A stretch of 63,888 bases of DNA, filler included, from Octopus bimaculoides (Eukaryota): the NCBI RefSeq assembly GCF_001194135.2. It is 9 parts of 8 records of this genome, joined end to end, with 100 filler letters (N's around TTAATTAATTAA, not from the genome) between each part and the next. Parts side by side here need not be neighbours in the genome. Positions count along the whole stretch, not along the records: positions 34,892 to 42,410 come from NC_068996.1; positions 42,511 to 49,663 come from NC_068984.1; 7 more parts are not named here. One strand, 5' to 3'. Shown in pieces: positions 36,078 through 49,199 of this stretch; position 1 is the first letter of the stretch; every line of letters starts with the position of its first letter. The translations under genes were made by a program, and so were the position numbers. The notes beneath the pieces were generated by a model. It had not been told where the DNA came from. It worked only from the letters and a program-made list of their open reading frames with translations, and did not search any database.

Positions 36078-37571
36078 TTTAAATAAATGGTGGTGGTGGT
36101 GGTAGTGGTGTTGGTGGCAGTAATGGCAGCGGTGGTGGTGATGGTGGCAGCGGTAGTACCAGTAGCAGCAGCAGTACCACCACCACCACCATAACCACCA
36201 CCACCACTACTATTACTACTATTACAAATATCAGCAGGTGTTGATTGTGAATGGGTTTTAAACTAATTGACAGGAGAATTTTTGTTTTAAAAAGCAAAAA
36301 AAAAACCAAAAAAAAAACAGGAATATTGTTTCATGCTTAGCCATTTTCACACACAAGATTTCAACAGCTGAGGATATTTTGCTAAATATAAATCTGCTGT
36401 TGTATTTTATTATTACTATGACGACGACACCACAACAAACGAAGTCTTTGATAGATTGAAAGTGTTAACTCAGAAAAAAAACAGCAGTTACATTATGTTT
36501 AAGTGTTTTGCAAGGATTCTTCAAGAATCCGCAAATTGAAAGGATTAAATGCTTACTGAGTTAATCCTGTGTCCTATGGGAAACATGCAAATCACACAAA
36601 GGTCAGCTTTACCTTTTTGCATTCCGTCCAGAATAAGGGTCAATAAAGTAAGACACTGGTTGAGTAGGAGTAGGGGAGGGATCAGTTTAATCAGTTATAA
36701 GACCAGCCATCCTTCATATTTGATGCTGGGTGAAATGCTTAGCAGTATGTCGTCTGTCTTTACGTTCTGAGTTCAAGCTCTGCTGAGGTCGACTTTGCCT
36801 TTCGTCTTTTCAGGGTCGATAAATTAAGTACCAGTTGCATATTGGGGTCGATGTAATTGACTGGCCCCCTCCCCCAAAATTGTGGGCCTTGTGCCTAGAG
36901 TAGAAAAGAATATTTGATGATTGTGTAAATTTTTGGACACAATTACCAAATTCCTCTAAAATCATAATCTGCTGTTTTTAAAAAGAAAAGAACTAAAGTT
37001 TTTGTGTGTGTGTGTGTGCGTGTGTGTCTGTGTGTTTGTGTGTGTCTGTGTGTGTCTGTGTGTGCGCGTGTGTGTGCGCACACATGTGTGTGCATGTGTG
37101 CGTATGTGTGTGCATGTGTGTGTATGTGTGTGCATGTGCGTGTGTGTGTGTGTGTGTTTGTGTGTGCAAGTATGTACATATGTATATGTCACTGTGTGGT
37201 AAGAAGCTTGCTTACTAACCACATGGTTCAAGGTTCAGTCCCACTGCATGGCACCTTGGGCAAGTGTCTTCTGCTATAGCCTCAGGCCAACCAAAGCCTT
37301 GTCAGTGGATTTGGTAGAGGGAAACTGAAAGAAGCCTGTTGTGTGTGTGTGTTTGTGTGTCTATGTTTGTCCCCCCAACATCACTTGATGGTGTGTTTAT
37401 GTCCCCATAATCTAGCGGTTCAGCAAAAGAAACCACTAGAATAAGTACTAGGTTTACAAAGAATAAGTCCTAGAGTTGATTTGCTCGACTAAAAGAGGTG
37501 CTCCAGCATGGCCACAGTCAAATGACTCAAATAAATAAAAGAATAAAAGAATATGTGTATCTTTGCATAGA

Positions 37572-38447
37572 TGTGGTCTGGTCAATAAGTATCCAAACTG
37601 TTCCCATAGTAACGAAGCTAAAGCACGCAAAGTGAAGCTGCTTCGCAGAGATTGACCTCGAACTTTGTTGTGCATGTGCACTAAGTTTTTATTCTCTAGC
37701 TCACTTCCGTTGCATACAGCAGTGCTTGGAAGGAAGGTGTGTAGCGTGTGATCATCACATTGACCATGATAGAGATAGTTAAGCAGAGAATCTGCATCAA
37801 ATTTTGGCAAAAGCTTGGCAGGACCTGCTCAGAGGCCAACACAAAGTTTTCAGAAGGTTTATATCATTCTCCACACAATAAAGGAGATCTTGTACAACTG
37901 AAACCCTAGTGTCCTTTTGGTCAGCTGAAAGCAATTTTGGCACAAACTTGATAGACACGCATCTCATACCCAGATCTTCAGTGATAATGGACTGAGCTGA
38001 ACCATAACTAATCTGCACTTCCCCTGATAACTCACAGATGGTGATTCAACAATTTCCCCTCACTGCTACATGTTCATCTAATGTTTTTCTCAGTTCTGCT
38101 GGTGGTGGGTCTCCCAGAACATTCGTTGTTATTGACACTTTTTCGGTCATCTTAGAAACATCTGAACCACTCATACACCTGTGTGCTGCTCATACACTCC
38201 TCTCAATATACTTTCTGCAACTTTGCGTAGGCCTCTGAGCATGTAATCACCATGACAACTTTCTCTCCCATGGTCAATGTGACGATCACACACTACACAC
38301 CGTCCTTCCAAGCACTGCCGTAAACAGTGGGTGTGAGCTAGAATGTTAAAACTTAATGCATATGCACAGCAGAGTTCAAGGTCAATCTTTGTCAAGCAGC
38401 TTCACTCTTTCTGCTTTTGCTTTGTTACTATGGTGACAGTCCAGATG
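37572..38447 (-). mobile_element. mariner-derived long-arm element, copy 2 (both arms)
   Basis: arms 37572-37850 and 38220-38447 are inverted copies; middle encodes SAQSIITEDLGMRCVSIKFVPKLLSADQKDTRVSVVQDLLYCVEN. Confidence 0.85.
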
Positions 38448-39161
38448 TACATATGCATGCATATATACATGCACACACATACACACGCCCACTAACACAC
38501 ACATACACACATATATAATTGAAAAAAGGTGTACGAGCTTTATACTGTGCTCTACTACATTCATAACAGAATATATCATAACTATAATACATATTGTTTA
38601 AATTTACAGAAAAACAAAATACAAAGACAGGTGTATGAACAACAAGCAGGTGTCATCATCATCATCATCATCGTTTAACGTCCGCCTTCCACGCTAGCAT
38701 GGGTTGGACGATCTGACTGAGGACTGGTGAACCAGAAGGCTGCACCAGGCTCCAATCTAATCTGGCAGAGTTTCTACACCTGGATGCCCTTCCTAACACC
38801 AACCACTCCAAGAGTGTAGTGGGTGCTTTTACGTGCCACCAGCATGAAGGCCAGTCAGGCGGTTCTGGCAACGGCCATGCTCAAAATGGTGTATTTTACA
38901 TGCCATCTGCACAGGAGCCAGTCAAGCAGTACTGGCAACAACCTCGCTCGAATGTTTTTTCACATGCCACCAGCACAAGTGCCAGTAAGGCGACGGTGTA
39001 TATANNNNNNNNNNNNNNNNNNNNNNNNNNNNNNNNNNNNNNNNNNNNNNNNNNNNNNNNNNNNNNNNNNNNNNNNNNNNNNNNNNNNNNNNNNNNNNNN
39101 NNNNNNNNNNNNNNNNNNNNNNNNNNNNNNNNNNNNNNNNNNTATATATATATATATATAT

Positions 39162-39208
<47 letters not shown>

Positions 39209-39504
39209 TAGATATATATATATACATATATACACACACATATAAACATACTGTCAAGGCTACATATTTGTGGTTTCTTTCCCAGCCTCTCATCTCTCTT
39301 TATTGATTTATTACTACTCACCCTTCTTATCATTCATCTTTCTATCAGCCAAACCATTGTCAAACAATACATTTCTGATTATGGCAATTAATATTGCCAG
39401 ATTGATGAGGTTCAAAATATACTTGCTCTACAAATAACCTCAAATGTACTTTTATTTATTATCAATTTTGGACATCAAACTGATATCTGTATGTATGTAT
39501 GTAT

Positions 39505-39885
39505 GAATGCAAGGCTGAGATTTAAGGACTGTATCAAGTCCTCATTAGAGGCCTGTGATATGCAGGACACTGACTGGGAGAACAATGCCTGTCATCACCA
39601 CGGATGGAAGAAGCAGGTTAAGGAGGGGATCGACACTTTTGAGAGAGCACGTATCCAGCATGAAGAACTTAAGTGAGCTGCGCGAAAGTGTACGGCTCAT
39701 ATAGTGAATGGGGAAAGCTTGGTCTCCAATGTTTGCAGTCGTGTGTGCTTGTCAAGAGCGGAGCTCATTAGCCACCAACGGAGCCATAAATGCAAAATGT
39801 AAGTTAGTACTAGAGCGCAGAATGTTCCTGAAGGTCGGCAATGGTCTTCCTCGGTCACGAGTGGACAGCCAACATCATCATATAT
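39505..39885 (+). mobile_element. RTE (BovB-like) LINE 3' end
   Basis: RLRFKDCIKSSLEACDMQDTDWENNACHHHGWKKQVKEGIDTFERARIQHEELK*AARK...CSRVCLSRAELISHQRSH; short CAT tail. Confidence 0.8.
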
Positions 39886-40049
39886 GTATGCATGTATATA
39901 TGTATTTATGTATGTGTGTATGTATGTATGTATCTGTGTATGTATGTATATAGTTGTAAAACTATTAGTTCTAAATCTGAATGAGAAATAGCAGCAACAT
40001 TTGTCCTAACCAGGACTGCCACTTTATGTTGGCAAATAAAGTTTACTCT

Positions 40050-40240
40050 ATATAGTTGAAATTTATAGAAAAACAAAAGACAAAGACAGGTGTATGAACA
40101 AGAAGCAAGTGTATTAGTTTGACGCTTGGGAGAAAATGAAAAAGTCTTTTATATTTTGAGCTTATGCTCTTCAACAGAAAGGAATAAGAGAAATTAAACA
40201 GACAGAGAATAAAAAAACTTGTAGATTTCAGTGATCCAGC
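40050..40240 (-). mobile_element. Penelope-type terminal repeat relic with decayed hammerhead (40146-40181); partial copy 38595-38652
   Basis: CTTT-CTGTTGA-AGAGC(ATAA)GCTC-AAAAT-AT-A-AAAG; shared GAAAAACAAAA.ACAAAGACAGGTGTATGAACAA. Confidence 0.5.
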
Positions 40241-42829
40241 ATATACCTGTGTATGTATGAAAATTTGTTATATGCATTTGTATATCCATATGTACATATG
40301 TATATATGTGTGTGTGTGCCTATCTATTTCTTTATTGCCCACAAGGGGCTAAACATAGAGGGGACAAACAAGGAATTAAGTCGATTATATCGACCCCTGT
40401 GCGTAACTGGTACTTATTTAATCGACCCCAAAAGTATGAAAGGCAAAGTCGACCTCAGCAGAATTTGAACTCAAAATGTAAAAACAGACGAAATACCATT
40501 AAGCATTTCGCCTGGTGTGCTAACGATTCTGTCAGCTCGCCACCCTTGTGTGCATACATATGTGAATGTATGTAAGCATATTTGTATGTACACACATATG
40601 TATACATGTATGAATGTATGTATGTATGAATGTATGTATGTATATATGTATGTATATATATATGTATGTATGTATGAATGTATGTATGTAAGTATGTATA
40701 AATGAATGTATGTATGCATGTATGAATATATGTATGTATATATGTATGTATGTATGTATATGTGTATATGTGTGTATGTGCACATATGTGAATGTATGTA
40801 AGCATATGTGTATGTACACACATATGTATACATGTATGAATGCATGTATGTATGAATGTATGTATGAATGTATGTATGTATGCATGTATGTATGTATGTA
40901 TGTATGTATGTATGTATATGTGTGTATGTGCACATATGTGTATGTATGTATGTATGATTAAACTATTCAAAGGGTGAATTTTACTGCTTCAACCTTCATC
41001 AGATGAATAACCTGATAATGCCCCGGGGATATTATACCTTCATTATGCATCTAAAGAATTATTCAAGCTAATGCCATCTTCTTCTTAATTCTAAAGACAG
41101 TAAATACCTTCGTTGGAACTGTAGAACAGTTCCATAAAACATGTAGCAACAAATGAAAAAAACGATTATTTTAACACAATACATAAAGAGATACAAGCTT
41201 AAAAGGCTATTTTTAACAGTGTTACATACACAAACATCATGTGCTGTGAGCTCTTGAATAATTTCGAATATAACTCCATAAAAGTGCGATTTTGCATAAT
41301 TTTATTTTCTGAAATTATGGCTGAATTAGAAAAGGAAAAATAATTTCAAAATTAATTAAGGTTATCTTCATCATTATTAATATTTCTAGGATTATTATGT
41401 ATAGCTACCATTGCCATCTTTGTCACTGCCATTGTCATCATCAACATCATCGTGTTATCATCATCATCATCATCTTTAGCATCAGCATCATCATCATCAT
41501 CGTCATCATCACCATCATTGTCATAATCATTGTCCTAGTTAACATCAACACCATTGTCATCACCATCCACCATGCTCTTTCTCATCGTCATCATCATCAT
41601 CATCATCATCACCATCATTGTCATAATCATTGTCTTAGTTAACATCATCATTGTTGTCATCATCACCCTCTTCCTCCTCCTCATTGTCATCATCATCATC
41701 ATTTTCTCTTCTTTACTTTTACCAATTAACAGCCACTTCCGTTGCCTTTCTGTTACTGAACGTTGATATGTTCGCATCTTTTCCTTGGGACATCTACTAT
41801 ATCAGGACTTTAGCCCACATGAATATACGCAGGATTGTACCTAAAGACTTACGCTCATGGATCTATGCAGGATTGCCCCTCCTAAGGACTCATGCTCTGG
41901 TTTCTATGACTTCGGAAAGTTGAACTATGACCTTTTATGCCTCTTTTTTCTTCTCTCTTTCCATCTCCTTATTCTTTTACTCCCTTCCTCTATGTTGTCA
42001 TCTTATTGATATATACCATTCTCATTTTCCTTTTTTTTTTTCCCCAATTTGTCTCTGATGACAGAATATCCTATACCTGGGGGATATCCCAGAAACAACT
42101 GTAAGATCTTGAATTTCTTCCTATAATGATTATGTATATATCTTGAGATGTTCGCATTGCCTTAATGTTTGATGTCCTGTTTAACAATTATATATCTGCT
42201 GCATTGGAAATCTGCAATGGCTCCATTACTACCATCTCGGCTATAAACTTGGAGCCTTAGTAATCCGTTACAGCACTTACCTAGCGTACCTAATCATTCA
42301 GATCACCTGTGAACCAAACCCCCATACTTTGTATGCACACACACACACACACTTATATATGTATATATATGTATATATATATCTATATATATAAATATAT
42401 ATATATATATNNNNNNNNNNNNNNNNNNNNNNNNNNNNNNNNNNNNNNNNNNNNTTAATTAATTAANNNNNNNNNNNNNNNNNNNNNNNNNNNNNNNNNN
42501 NNNNNNNNNNTGAGAGTTAAAATCGTAATTTTTAAAGGTGGGGAGAGACAAATTTCAGTCAGGTTTGGGCTAAGGAGCAAAACTTCAAGAAAGAAGGCGA
42601 AAACGATAAATCGAGTGATATAGAGAATAGAATAGAGAATAGAGACACATAAATAATCATGAATTTAAGACAGAAATGTTTAGTTAGAGAAACGGGGTGG
42701 GGGTGGTGGAAGGGGAGCGCATCAGAAGGGATAATATATAAAAATAGAAATGACTTAGCTATTGTTCATGTCTTGGAGAGCTTCGTCGTGGGTTCTATCA
42801 GCATAGAAATTCCAAATATATATATATAT

Positions 42830-43045
42830 AATGTAATCCCAGAGTTAGTGCATGACCTGGGAATCCACATGAGCAACGATGCAATTTTCCATGTGCACAT
42901 TGCTCAGATGGCAATACTATGCAGGCAGGTGACAGGTCAGATCCTGAGATCCTTCAGGACCAGAGACTCATGCTTCTGCTTTGGAGAACCTTTATCCTCA
43001 GTTATCTGGACTGCTGCTCCCAACAATGGTTACCACAGAGTCTAA
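42830..43045 (+). mobile_element. CR1-like LINE RT C-terminal fragment
   Basis: VHDLGIHMSNDAIFHVHIAQMAILCRQVTGQILRSFRTRD resembles KDLGVxMSxDxxFxxHI...GWILRTFxxRD. Confidence 0.75.
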
Positions 43046-43090
43046 AACTAATTGGGGAACACTAGAAGCGATCCAATATATATATATATA

Positions 43091-43255
43091 GGCGTAGGAG
43101 TAGGTATGTGGTAAGTAGCTTGCTTACCAACCACATGGTCCCGGGTTCAGTTCCACTGCGTGGCATCTTGGGCAAGTGTCTTCTACTATAGCCTCGGGCC
43201 GACCAAAGCCTTGTGAGTGGATTTGATAGACAGAAACTGAAAGAAGCCCGTCGTA

Positions 43256-43328
<73 letters not shown>

Positions 43329-43552
43329 GTGTGTGTGTTTGTGTGTCTGTGTTTGTCCCCCCAACATCGCTTGACAACCGATGCTGGTGTGTTTATGTCC
43401 CTGTAACTTAGCGGTTCGGCAAAAGAGACCGATAGAATAAATACTAGGATTCCAAAGAATAAGTCCTGGGGTCGATTTGCTCGACTAAAGGCGGTGCTCC
43501 AGCATGGCCACAGTCAAAAGACTGAAACAAGTAAAAGAGTAAAGAGTAAGAG
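43091..43552 (+). mobile_element. full-length young tRNA-derived SINE with internal (TA)n
   Basis: GGCGTAGGAG...GGTAAG A-box, GGGTTCAGTTCC B-box, ~70-bp central (TA)n, GGCGGTGCTCCAGCATGGCCACAGTCAAAAGACTGAAAC tail, (AAGAGT)n end. Confidence 0.9.
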
Positions 43553-46500
43553 TATATATATATATATATATATATACAATTTGGTTTATGTATCAGATTG
43601 TTTGCACCAGGTTAGGGAATTTATAAGAGTATTATTGCAAAATTGATTAGGAACAGGATTTACCTGAATGTTACAAACAAGAGAGGACTGAGGATAAATG
43701 CTTGACAGATGCCTACTTGCATTCTAAATATCTCACTAAACTTGTTGCTAACTTTCACCTTGCACATTGCATGTGTGTACAAGGTTTCTATACAATCTTA
43801 TACAATATTCAAGTAAATCTAGCGTCCCTAGACACCATCAGCTGAAAGAGTAAGGAATACTGTCAAAGGCATTCTCTCATTCAGCAAAAGCTGGATACAG
43901 AGGCTTGTTATTAGCTATGAAATTCTGCACAAATCCATGCACGAGGAATCTGGTGTCAGCCTCTGGCCAAAACCAGCAAAAGATGAAAGATAAGACTAAC
44001 ATTATGTGAACTAGGAAAGAAGATAGGACTCTGCGGTGATCAAGGTCTACCTCGTGTGCAGAAAAGACATTGGTAGAAAATCTATTACATATGCTCGGTA
44101 TAAGGAATGGATTCACAAGACATGTAGGGACCACATGCAGGCTAACAGCAAAGGTAGGACAACCTTCATATGTATGTGTTTAACTACTCCTTATATTGTA
44201 GCTGAGTCCTTGTAAGGACACAACTTATAGTCATTAAACTATAATAAAGGAAGACAGTTTAGTCCTAGAGACCAAACTCAGAGGGGATGATCATGGCTGT
44301 AACATCTTTGTTCATAGTTCTCTCCAATGAAATATGACATTCAGATATAACTAACAATCTCAACAGAATCTTGCACAAAAATATTAATGAGTGGAAAATA
44401 TGAAAGAGTGATGGAAGCATTTCCTGGCTAATTATACTGAACCACTCCAAAACACATTAAAAGAGTGCAAAAACACATGAAAGGAGTAACTTGTAGCATT
44501 TAATTTCAAAGAAATCTCATACAAAATACTCATTATCTGTCTATGAAACTTTGGCTGTAAAAATTCTATGTCCTTTCTGATGTAAACAGAAATCTGTAGA
44601 ATGTGTAACTCAGCATGGTATTTCCTTGACTTAGAACACTATGTTCAAGTCAGTTGCTTTAAAAGTAACAAATATTGTGGCCAAAATAAGTGAATGTATG
44701 TATGTGCATAAGTACATACATACGTACATATTTATGCCTGTATAGCTATATCTGTATGTGTATATATATATATATATGTGTGTATGTATATTTACATATA
44801 TGTGAGTTTGTTTAAATTCTTTTACTTGTTTCAAGTCTTTAACTGCAGCCATGCTGGAGCACCACCTTTAGTTAAACAAATCAACTCCAGGACTTATTCT
44901 TTGTAAGCCTACTGCTTATTCTATCCGTCTCTTTTGCTGAACTGCTACATTACGGGGGACATAATCACACCAACATTGGTTGTCAAGTGATGGTGGGAGG
45001 ACAAACACAGGCATACAAACATACACACACACACACATATATACATATATTATATATATGATGGGCTTCTTTCATTTTCCGTCAAATAAATCCACTCACA
45101 AGGCTTTGGTCGGCCCGAGGCTATAGTAGAAGACACTTGCCCAAGGTGCTACACAGTGGGACTGAACCCAGAACCATGTTGCTGGGAAGCAAGCTTCTTA
45201 CCACACAGCCATTCCTCAACCTATATATATATATATATATATTTATATATTTGTATGTATTATATGAACTTACATCTATAATTATGATAAGGATATATAA
45301 CTGGCACTCTGTTGGTTACTTACAACCCATAACCACCTCTTCACTTGTTACCCATCCTTCTGTCCATTAATACTTTTCTCCCTATCCACACTTTCATTGA
45401 TCATCCATCTCCTTTATGCCACCAGACTATCTCTCCTCTACTATCACCATACTTTTTGTCTTCCCCTCCTTGTCACCACCAAACAGTTCAACCCTCTTCA
45501 TACACTATGCCTGACTTTCTCTTCCCTATCCTTTACAGCAGTTTACACAACCACTTGTCATCTTTCTCATACTCTCTCTACTTCATCTTTCAGTTTACTA
45601 TATTATCATTACATTCTGTTACTCTGCACTATCAGGCATCTCCTATCCATCCACTTCTCAGTCTTCACCCACTCATTCTTACCCATCATATACCTTAAGT
45701 GTCTTACCCTAATACCTCACCACTACTTTCCAGCTCCACCTGCTCACTCCTTTTTTTAAATCACTCTCTTTTTGAAAATCACTTGGTCATGTAGCTTTTC
45801 TGCCCTGGCCCTTTTCTCTCATACATTATCCTTCTCTGGTCTTCATTTCCCTGTTGCTTCCTTAGTGGGCTTGTAGTCTCACTAGTGCAATCTCACTAGT
45901 GCTAGTAGCATGAAAGAAAGCACTAAGATATTGGTGTTAGGAAAGGCATATGGTTGTAGACAATAAAACCCCATGCAGTCCTCAGGCTCATCAGATCCTG
46001 TCAGACTATCCAACTTCTGAAGCATGAAATATGGATATGAATATGCACACGAGTGTGTGCGTGTATAATATATACTTTACATTTATATATAAATATATTT
46101 ATATATACATAAGGCTATATTTATTTATTTATGTGTTTCAGCCATATAAAACAAAACTTCTCTCAAACTCGATACTGATATAAGGACAACTTAGAATAAT
46201 GAGACTGAGATCTAAAAATCCACAAACAAGCATAACACATGTATTCCCATCATCAGCTGCCAAACAGATATCACAATGGTTTTGACACTAGGCAATATCA
46301 TTCAATCCAGCAGAGTCAACAGTGTTAAAAGCATAAATGCTGTCAGTGTAGTATGTCCATTATGCCAACATTGTCTTGTTATATTACTAGTATATATGTG
46401 TATGTATGTGTATATATATATATATATTTGTGTGTGTATGTATATGTGTGTGTGTGTGTGTGCATATCTACATGTATACATCTACATATATATGTGTATG

Positions 46501-48040
46501 TGTGTGGGTGTATATATATATGTGTGTGTATGTCTATACACAAGCAGGCTGGAAGGAAATAAAGCTATCATGTTCTGTTGGATGTTCAAGTCCTGAGGTT
46601 GACTTCTTTGACTAAAAAGCACTTTAAGTTGGAACTCCAGGAAGGTTGCAGTCAAATGACTGAAACAAGTAAAAGAATTTAAAAAAATATACTCTCAATG
46701 TACAGTTGTGGGGTAAATATAGGTGAAGTGATACAGAGGACTGGGCTAGGGGATTGGGCAGGGGAGTTAAAGGAGGGAAGTTTCATAAGAATGTGAGGAG
46801 AGATGCTTGGAGATGGGATAGAGATGACTGTAGTAAGTGATGGTGAGAGATAGGGGGTGTAATGGTAGATATGTGAGGGCACTGGAAGTGACAGCAGATA
46901 AGAGAGATGTTAAGGATCATGTATAGCAGAGGGAAAAGAGCAGTGGCTGAAGGCACAGGAAGGTGGTGATTGGTGGAAACAGTGGGCAGAGAAGATAATG
47001 ATAAATGGAGGTAGTTTTGGGTTGAAGAAGAGGAAGGTAACCAAAAGGGAGGGAATAGTATGTGCCTATTTTGTTCTCAGGTGATTATGGTAGGCAAATA
47101 ATGCCATAGACAGAGACTTGATGTGTATTAGGAGATAAGATGCTTAATAAGGCAGAGAGAATGGAGATGGGGCAGAGTCCCTCGTATATGTATATGTTTG
47201 TGTGTGTGTACATATATTCTTTTATTCTTTTACATGTTTCAGCCATTTGACTACAGCCATGCTGGAGCACCACCTTAGAGGGATTTTTAATTGAAGAAAT
47301 CAACCCCAGCACATATTCTCTGTAAGCTTAGTACTTATTCTATCAGTCTCCTTTGCTGAACTGCCAAGTTATGGGGACATAAACACACCAACAGTGTAGG
47401 GACAAACATAGGTGCAAAGACACACACACACACACATAAATATATGCATATATATGTATGGCAGGCTTCCCTCAGTTTCCATCTACTAAATCCACTCACA
47501 AGGCTCTGGTCAGCCTGAGGCTATAGTAGAAGACATTTGCCCAAGGTGCCATGCAGTGTACCTGAACCTAGAACTGTGGTTGGAAAGTAAGCTTCTTACC
47601 ACAGCCACGCCTGTGCCTGAGCACCCAGTTAATACCCCTTCATGTGGCCCTTTCCCCACACAATATCATCTACTGCTGCTCTCTCCACTCCACCCCGAAG
47701 CCACTTTATTCTCTTGCTACCCAGAACCATCTCACTTGTTAGCAATTTTTCATCCTTTAGTATTGTTCTCCACACCCACATGTTACAGTGGCCATCCCCA
47801 CTCCCTGGACCACCAAATATATATGAATGTGTGAGCATGTGTGTGTGTGTGTGTGTGTGTATGTGTGCATATATATATATATATATACACACATACATAT
47901 ATATACACACATACATATATATACGCACATACATATATATATGCATGTATATGTATGTATATATATAAATAATATATATATAAGTAAGTGTGAAACAAGG
48001 TGGAAGGTGGGGGAAAAATAGTACTCAAGGCAGGTAGAGT

Positions 48041-48205
48041 TATATGCTTTATTATTAAAGTTGCAAAAACATTACAAAAATATCACAAAAAGCTGCTACT
48101 CAGAGTTTTACAATCCTTGATCACAACTGGGGGAACTGGAATGTGAAACTCTGTGTAGCAGTTTTTTGTGATTTTCTGTGATGTTTTTGCAGTTTTAATA
48201 ATAAA

Positions 48206-48212
<7 letters not shown>
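48041..48212 (+). mobile_element. second foldback element (~68-bp arms) with a hammerhead remnant in the loop
   Basis: arms CTTTATTATTAAAG...GCTGCTACTCAGAGTTTT and GAAACTCTGTGTAGCAG...TTTTAATAATAAAG. Confidence 0.7.
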
Positions 48213-48266
<54 letters not shown>

Positions 48267-48502
48267 ATACAAATGACATATAAGCATATGCATGTATACA
48301 TACATATGTGTACATACCTATGTCTATCTACATGTATATATAGATGCATATCTGGGTATAGGACGTTAGAAAAATGAACGGGGACATAATATATATATAT
48401 CTGTATGTATATATATAAATGTGCATGTATACATGTGTGTGTGTATATATATATGTATATATATATATATATATGTATGTATGGATATGTGTGTGTGTGT
48501 AT

Positions 48503-48542
<40 letters not shown>

Positions 48543-48550
48543 TAAATTTG

Positions 48551-48805
48551 GGTACTACTAAAGCAGCGCAGACCCGAACGCGCAGTCGCGCGCCCGCGCT
48601 AGCTAGTCTTGAGTGGTCGATCCTAACCCTAACCCTAACTCTAACCCTAACCCTATCCCTAACCCTAACCCTATCCCGCGTGTGCAAATGAATACGTGGT
48701 TAGGGTTAGGGTTAGGAATAGGGTTAGGGTTAGGATCGACCACTCACGACTAGCTAGTGCGGACGTGCGACTGCGTGTTCTGGTCCACGCTGCTTTAGTA
48801 GTACC
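48551..48805. mobile_element. foldback/Mutator-like MITE carrying telomeric repeats, 255 bp, 9-bp TSD
   Basis: TSD TTAAATTTG at 48542-48550 and 48806-48814; 71-bp TIR (8 mismatches) starting GGTACTACTAAAGCAGCG; 9 CCCTAA-type units, 20-bp spacer, 6 TTAGGG-type units. Confidence 0.9.
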
Positions 48806-49199
48806 TTAAATTTGTTTATGGAAAACGTTTTGAATATGCAAGTAAAGCTCCTATTCAATTATGCTGGCCACAGTTTAATGATGATGCTGATTAGTGAACC
48901 AGATCTTTGGGGAAACACGTGTAGCATTCAAACATTTATAAATTTAATTGACGGATTATTGTTATATATATATATATAACTCGGTGTATATGTATACATA
49001 TATTTATATATACACACATGCGTATATGAAATATTAATGTCCATCGCTCATGAATGGGACTTGAGGTGAGTTGTCTCGCCTGACTATGACTATCACATTC
49101 AGGTGTTTTAATACCCAGTGCTTTGTGAGGGTTATTGCCACTGTGTTGAATCGTAGCCGACTGGCAAAATAGCAAAATACATACTACTTTGTGAATGTA

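Noticed and set aside
40970-41005. Minus-strand CTGATGA with a possible stem II
   Set aside because: No GAAA and no stem III or cleavage triplet
41700-41930. Possible LINE endonuclease relic on the minus strand
   Set aside because: Motif similarity too weak in all frames
48622-48735. True telomere or telomere-fusion scar
   Set aside because: Short, enclosed in TIRs with a TSD, and the polarity is CCCTAA then TTAGGG, opposite to an end-to-end fusion
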